A DNA stretch of 64,000 nt from the human T2T-CHM13v2.0 reference genome, Homo sapiens. Shown piece by piece: positions 59,921 through 64,000 of this stretch (positions are counted from its first letter, which is position 1; each line of letters starts with the position of its first letter). Under the pieces are notes generated by a model that was given only the letters and a program-made list of their open reading frames with translations, was not told where the DNA came from and did no database searches. A program made the position numbers and the translations under genes. The stretch lies in NCBI RefSeq assembly GCF_009914755.1, contig NC_060929.1; one strand, given 5' to 3'.

Positions 59921-61695
59921 ATTAACCTTCCAACTAGAGTGTGCATCATTCTCCCTGCCATTTTGGGCTGCCCAGGCAGGCGACACTGACTGGCATCTGA
60001 AGAGGCACAGGGCAATGGTGTCTGAATCATCCCCAGGCAGCAAGACACACACAGTGAGCTCTCAGCCCCTGCCCCATGGGCCCTCTGAATATGCATGGAA
60101 ATAAAGGAGAACTCTGCCTTCCAAGACTCCCAAACAAAGTAAGAGACCACAGGTTTAGAGCTCAAGAGATGGTTTCACCTCTTCTCGCTCCCTGTCCAAC
60201 CCCATGTATGGCTGGGAAACGGAGGCCTGAGCGGGAGTCCATGTGACTCTCCCAAGTAGCGGCGGATGCAGGACTGGCCGTCAGGCCCACATCATGTATT
60301 CTATTTGAAAATGCTGCTGTCCACATGACTACAAACCCCACGTGACTAGAGCCACTAGTTCCTCTTTACCCTGGTTCAGTTTGAAGTGACAAGGATTATT
60401 CAAATAATCCCCCAACTCCCTTCACCTCAAAAACTATCCATATCAAATCAAGAAAAATATCCATTGAACGTCTCTCATGTGTTATAGCAGGGTATTGATT
60501 TCAGAGAAGTTGGGATTTGCAGTCCTCAGGAACGATGTCTCTGTGCACAGGTGGGGTGTACAGGGGAGTGACACAAGAGCCCCCAGATCTGCTGCGCCCC
60601 ACCCTTCACTGGGGAGCTGGGTACCATGAGCTGTGGAAGGTGACCCAAGTGCGGGCTGATGCCCTGCAGTCCCAGCTTTGTGACTCAGGGTGAATGCCCT
60701 TCCCCATCCATCCTCTAAAATGAACAGGGAGGGCTAATTGAGCCCTAAAATTCTGTGTGTTGGCAGATAATGACATTCTTCTGTGATTACAGAAATTTAT
60801 AGTTGTTATATTTTTCTGTCCATGACATCTCTTTGGTTTTAGCCATGACTTATTTGCTGCCACATCCTCGGTATGACAGGAGATCCCCAATCACTTTATA
60901 CCATCCATTACTTCCATTGTTCCTTTGGGAAAATGCTGCCTGCTTTCCAAAGCAGTTTCTAGAAATGCGTTGCACAATGCCTGTGGTGTCTGTGCCCTCA
61001 TCCGTCCTTGTTGCCTGGTGAAAGAGCTTCTGTGACTGTCGGGAGGATCATCTGAGAGCTCTCTGCCACCCGTGGCTCCCCACAGCAATGGTCCTGAAGG
61101 TGCAGAGGTGTGGAAGGGCTGGAGAAAGAAAGGTCCCGAAGTTACACTGCCTCCGAGTCACCTCCATGTCACCACAGATGCCACGGTGGGGAGGTGGGGG
61201 TGACCAAAGGGAGCATTCCAAATATTTGCAAGCACACCTCATAAACCACTGCACTCACTTCCAAAGAAATCAATCCTCTTGGTAGTTCCTGCGTGTCTTG
61301 GAAGCTTTTGGAATGTTGGAACGTGTTCATTCTTCAGAGAAATGCAAATTCCAGCCAAACACAAATTTACCTCCCACCGTACGAAGGAAAGTCTCCTGAA
61401 AGTACCGGCACATGGCACAAGCAGAGATCTTGTGCAAGGGCAGGCAGCGACCATGGACAGGAGGATTGAGGGAATCACCTAAGTGGGCTGAAGCGGGGGC
61501 CATGCCTTTGGAATGCGCAGGTTCTAATGTCTCTCCAGTGGCCTCCATCCACATTTTTCTCTTCAGGACAGTGTGTTACCAGTCTACAGTCTCACTGGGC
61601 AGGCGCCACCTCCACTTTTTGTGGATGACACCTCCTGCCGGGGCTTTGCAGGGAACTCAGAGGAGCCCTGAGGCGTGTGGATAAATTTAGGCAGC

Positions 61696-62059
61696 TGTAT
61701 TAGTCCGTTTTCATGCTGCTGATAAAGATGTACCTGAAACTGGGCAATTTACAAAAGAAAGAGGTTTAATGGACTCACAGTTCCATGTGGCTGGGGAGGC
61801 CTCACAATCATGGCAGAAGGTGAAAGGCACATCTCACATGGTGGCAGACAAGAGAAGAGAATGAGAATCAAGCAAAACGGGTTTCCCCCCTATAAAACCA
61901 TCAGGTCTCATGAGATTTATTCATTACCATGAGAAGAGTATGAGGGAAACCACCCCATGATTCAATTATCTCCCACTGGGTCCCTCCCACAACTCTTGGG
62001 AATTATGGGAACGACAGTTCAAGATGAGATTTGGGTGGGGACACAGCCAAACCATATGA
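61696..62059 (-). mobile_element. THE1B/C MaLR solo LTR with 5-bp TSD
   Basis: tgtattagtccgttttcatgctgctgataaaga...gggacacagccaaaccatatga; TSD gcagc. Confidence 0.92.
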
Positions 62060-62449
62060 GCAGCTCTGCTGCAAGCCAGGCCCAGGTGGCCAGAAGGTTG
62101 GTTCCTCAGGCGAGCTTGGTGAGACCCAGATGGCATTGTAGACACACAGGACATGAATTTGCCATGTACATTCAACATCCCTCTAAAAGACATGGGAACC
62201 AGTTCCACAGAGCAGGCAATTCCCTCTACCCTGGGACTCATGAGCAGAGCTCCATGGTGAGCATGGAATGGGCAGCCTCCGCTGCTGTGCACGGGCAGTC
62301 TCAGTTCCCAGCCAGAGTTTGAGGACGGGTTTCCTCACTACAAGCCACTCCTTCATCAGAGGCTGACGTGGAGAAGATCCACTCCAATTCCAGTGCAAAA
62401 GCCACCACACTTTCATTCTGACCACACAAATGTTCTCCCATAGGAGTTA

Positions 62450-63380
62450 ACTTTACTCTTTTTAAGTGCCCTATTTATTTTTAACAAGTAATACACAGAT
62501 GTGGAACAAAATTTAAAGGTATACAATGTGTTTCCCTCTAATTGCCATCCATGAGGCACTCAGTCTCCTCTCGAGAGATGAGCCCTGGATCAGGCTCCCT
62601 GCATGTCTTTCCAGAGAGATCCATGTAAAGTAGACAGACGCCAGAGATTCTGCCCATCCGCGCCTTGCTTTTCTGCATTCACCAAGATATATTAGAAACA
62701 TGCATCAGCAAATACAGAGCTGCCTGACGCTTTCAGCAAGTGTGCGATGCCATTCCCTTTTGTGGATACATGGTAATTTATTCAATCAGTTCCCTATTAG
62801 CAGGTGGTTTCCCATCTTTCACTCTTGCGATGCTGTGTGATTAACTTTGCACATCTGCCTCGAACACTTACCAAAAGATATGTTGGATAAATTCCTGGAA
62901 GTACAATTCCTAAGTCAAAAGGTATGAGTGTTTTTAATTTGATAATTATTACCAGCCAGTAGGTTTAATCAATGCATACCCTCATCTGCAATATATGAAG
63001 GTACCTGGTCAATACAGCTATGGGAGAAAGCTCATGGTTCAACTTTGCACCCTCTAATGAAATGGGGCATATATCAACATGTTTATTGGCCATTAGTGTA
63101 TATATATATATATAGATAGATAGATATTTTTACCTCTTTCTCTGTTGATCTTTTTCTGTTTGATTTGGAGGCACTCTTTGTTTATTAAAGAATAAATTAG
63201 TCCCTTGATTTGGGATGCCTTTCCTTTTGTTTGTTTGTTTGGTGTTTTTTTTTTTTTTTGTCATGACTATTTTATGGGTCTTTTTTCATTCAGAAGATTT
63301 TTGTGTGGTTGATTTTATTGTTTTTTTAATGTATCTGGGTTTGGGTTCAAAATTTTAAAAGCCTTCCTCACTCCAAGACT
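62450..63380 (-). mobile_element. L1ME fragments
   Basis: ggataaattcctggaagt...gtcaaaaggtatg...catgtttattggccatt. Confidence 0.65.
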
Positions 63381-63471
63381 GCAAGTCTGCTGACTTGAAA
63401 TCCCCACACTTCCCCCTCTCACACACACAATGTATAAAATTTAACTCTATTGCAGTTAAACTGCTAAATAC

Positions 63472-64000
63472 TGTCAGCCAAAATTAAGGCTATTGAGGCA
63501 GAAATAATTTGAGAAAGGTTTACTGGAAGCCAAATGTGAGGATTGTTCCAGGGTCAGAATAGTTCTATGAGAAAGTTTAGGAGCAGGGAGGGGAGGGCAC
63601 TCCTTACATTGGAGTTGTCCTTTCCATTGGAGGGTACCAGGGTGTCCCAAAGAGGTTACAATCATTAGCTTCAGATTACAACACAAACACATGCTAAAGC
63701 ATTCTATCTGCAAGACAACTGGCAAAACTTCATGATTCAGAGACAAATCAGGGCCTGGTGCACTGGTTCATGCTTGTAATCCCAGAGTTTTTCGAGGCTG
63801 AGGTGGGGGATCCCTTGAGGCCAGAAGTTTGAGGTTACAGTGAGCTATGATGGTGCCACTGCATTCCAACCTGGGCCACAGCTCAAAGCCCCATTTCCAA
63901 AAAATAAATAAGTAAAACAGAAATAAATCAGTGTCTTTTTTCACATTGATCTGTATGTTGACAGTTGGAGAAGGGTACGAGAAGATCTGAGGGATTCACG
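63472..64000 (-). mobile_element. ERV1-type LTR (partial, runs off window), interrupted by FLAM
   Basis: tgtcagccaaaattaagg...ggtttactggaagccaaatgtgagga, MER34/MER39-group-like; subfamily uncertain. Confidence 0.55.
63752..63918 (+). mobile_element. FLAM-type Alu monomer
   Basis: ttgtaatcccag...gaggccagaagtttgaggttacagtgagctatgat; TSD aga(g/a)a(c/t)aaatcag. Confidence 0.8.

Overview
Human genomic DNA: it contains an AluYb8-type element with the diagnostic 7-bp duplication, a human-specific subfamily. The window reads as intergenic or deep intronic. I find no credible protein-coding gene, RNA gene or prokaryote-type system. The six-frame ORFs are explained by Alu, L1 or LTR sequence, simple repeats or chance; the two recognisable protein remnants are reverse-transcriptase fossils (L3/CR1 at ~3.1-3.9 kb, L1 ORF2 at ~42.4-44.6 kb). 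A large share of the window is interspersed repeat: about 20 Alu/FLAM copies, L1/L2/L3/MIR, MaLR (THE1, MST, MLT1), ERVL (MLT2), ERV1 LTRs (MER65-like, MER41B) and DNA transposons (MER2, MER5, MER20, MER53, Tigger2a). The notable signals are mutational and retrotransposition footprints: a 191-bp tandem duplication with 11-bp junction microhomology; an L1PA 3' end with a possible 3' transduction and a pure A54 tail; a ~2.8-kb candidate 3'UTR-type retrocopy; a MER41B with one intact STAT1 GAS site; three consecutive Alus 5'-truncated at the same base; a 48-bp templated insertion inside an LTR (TA)n tract, copied from ~820 bp away; a MER53 hairpin abutting a minisatellite that resembles its end; and a ~930-bp polypurine VNTR. 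Repeat subfamily names come from remembered consensus sequences and need RepeatMasker/Dfam confirmation; old-repeat boundaries are approximate.
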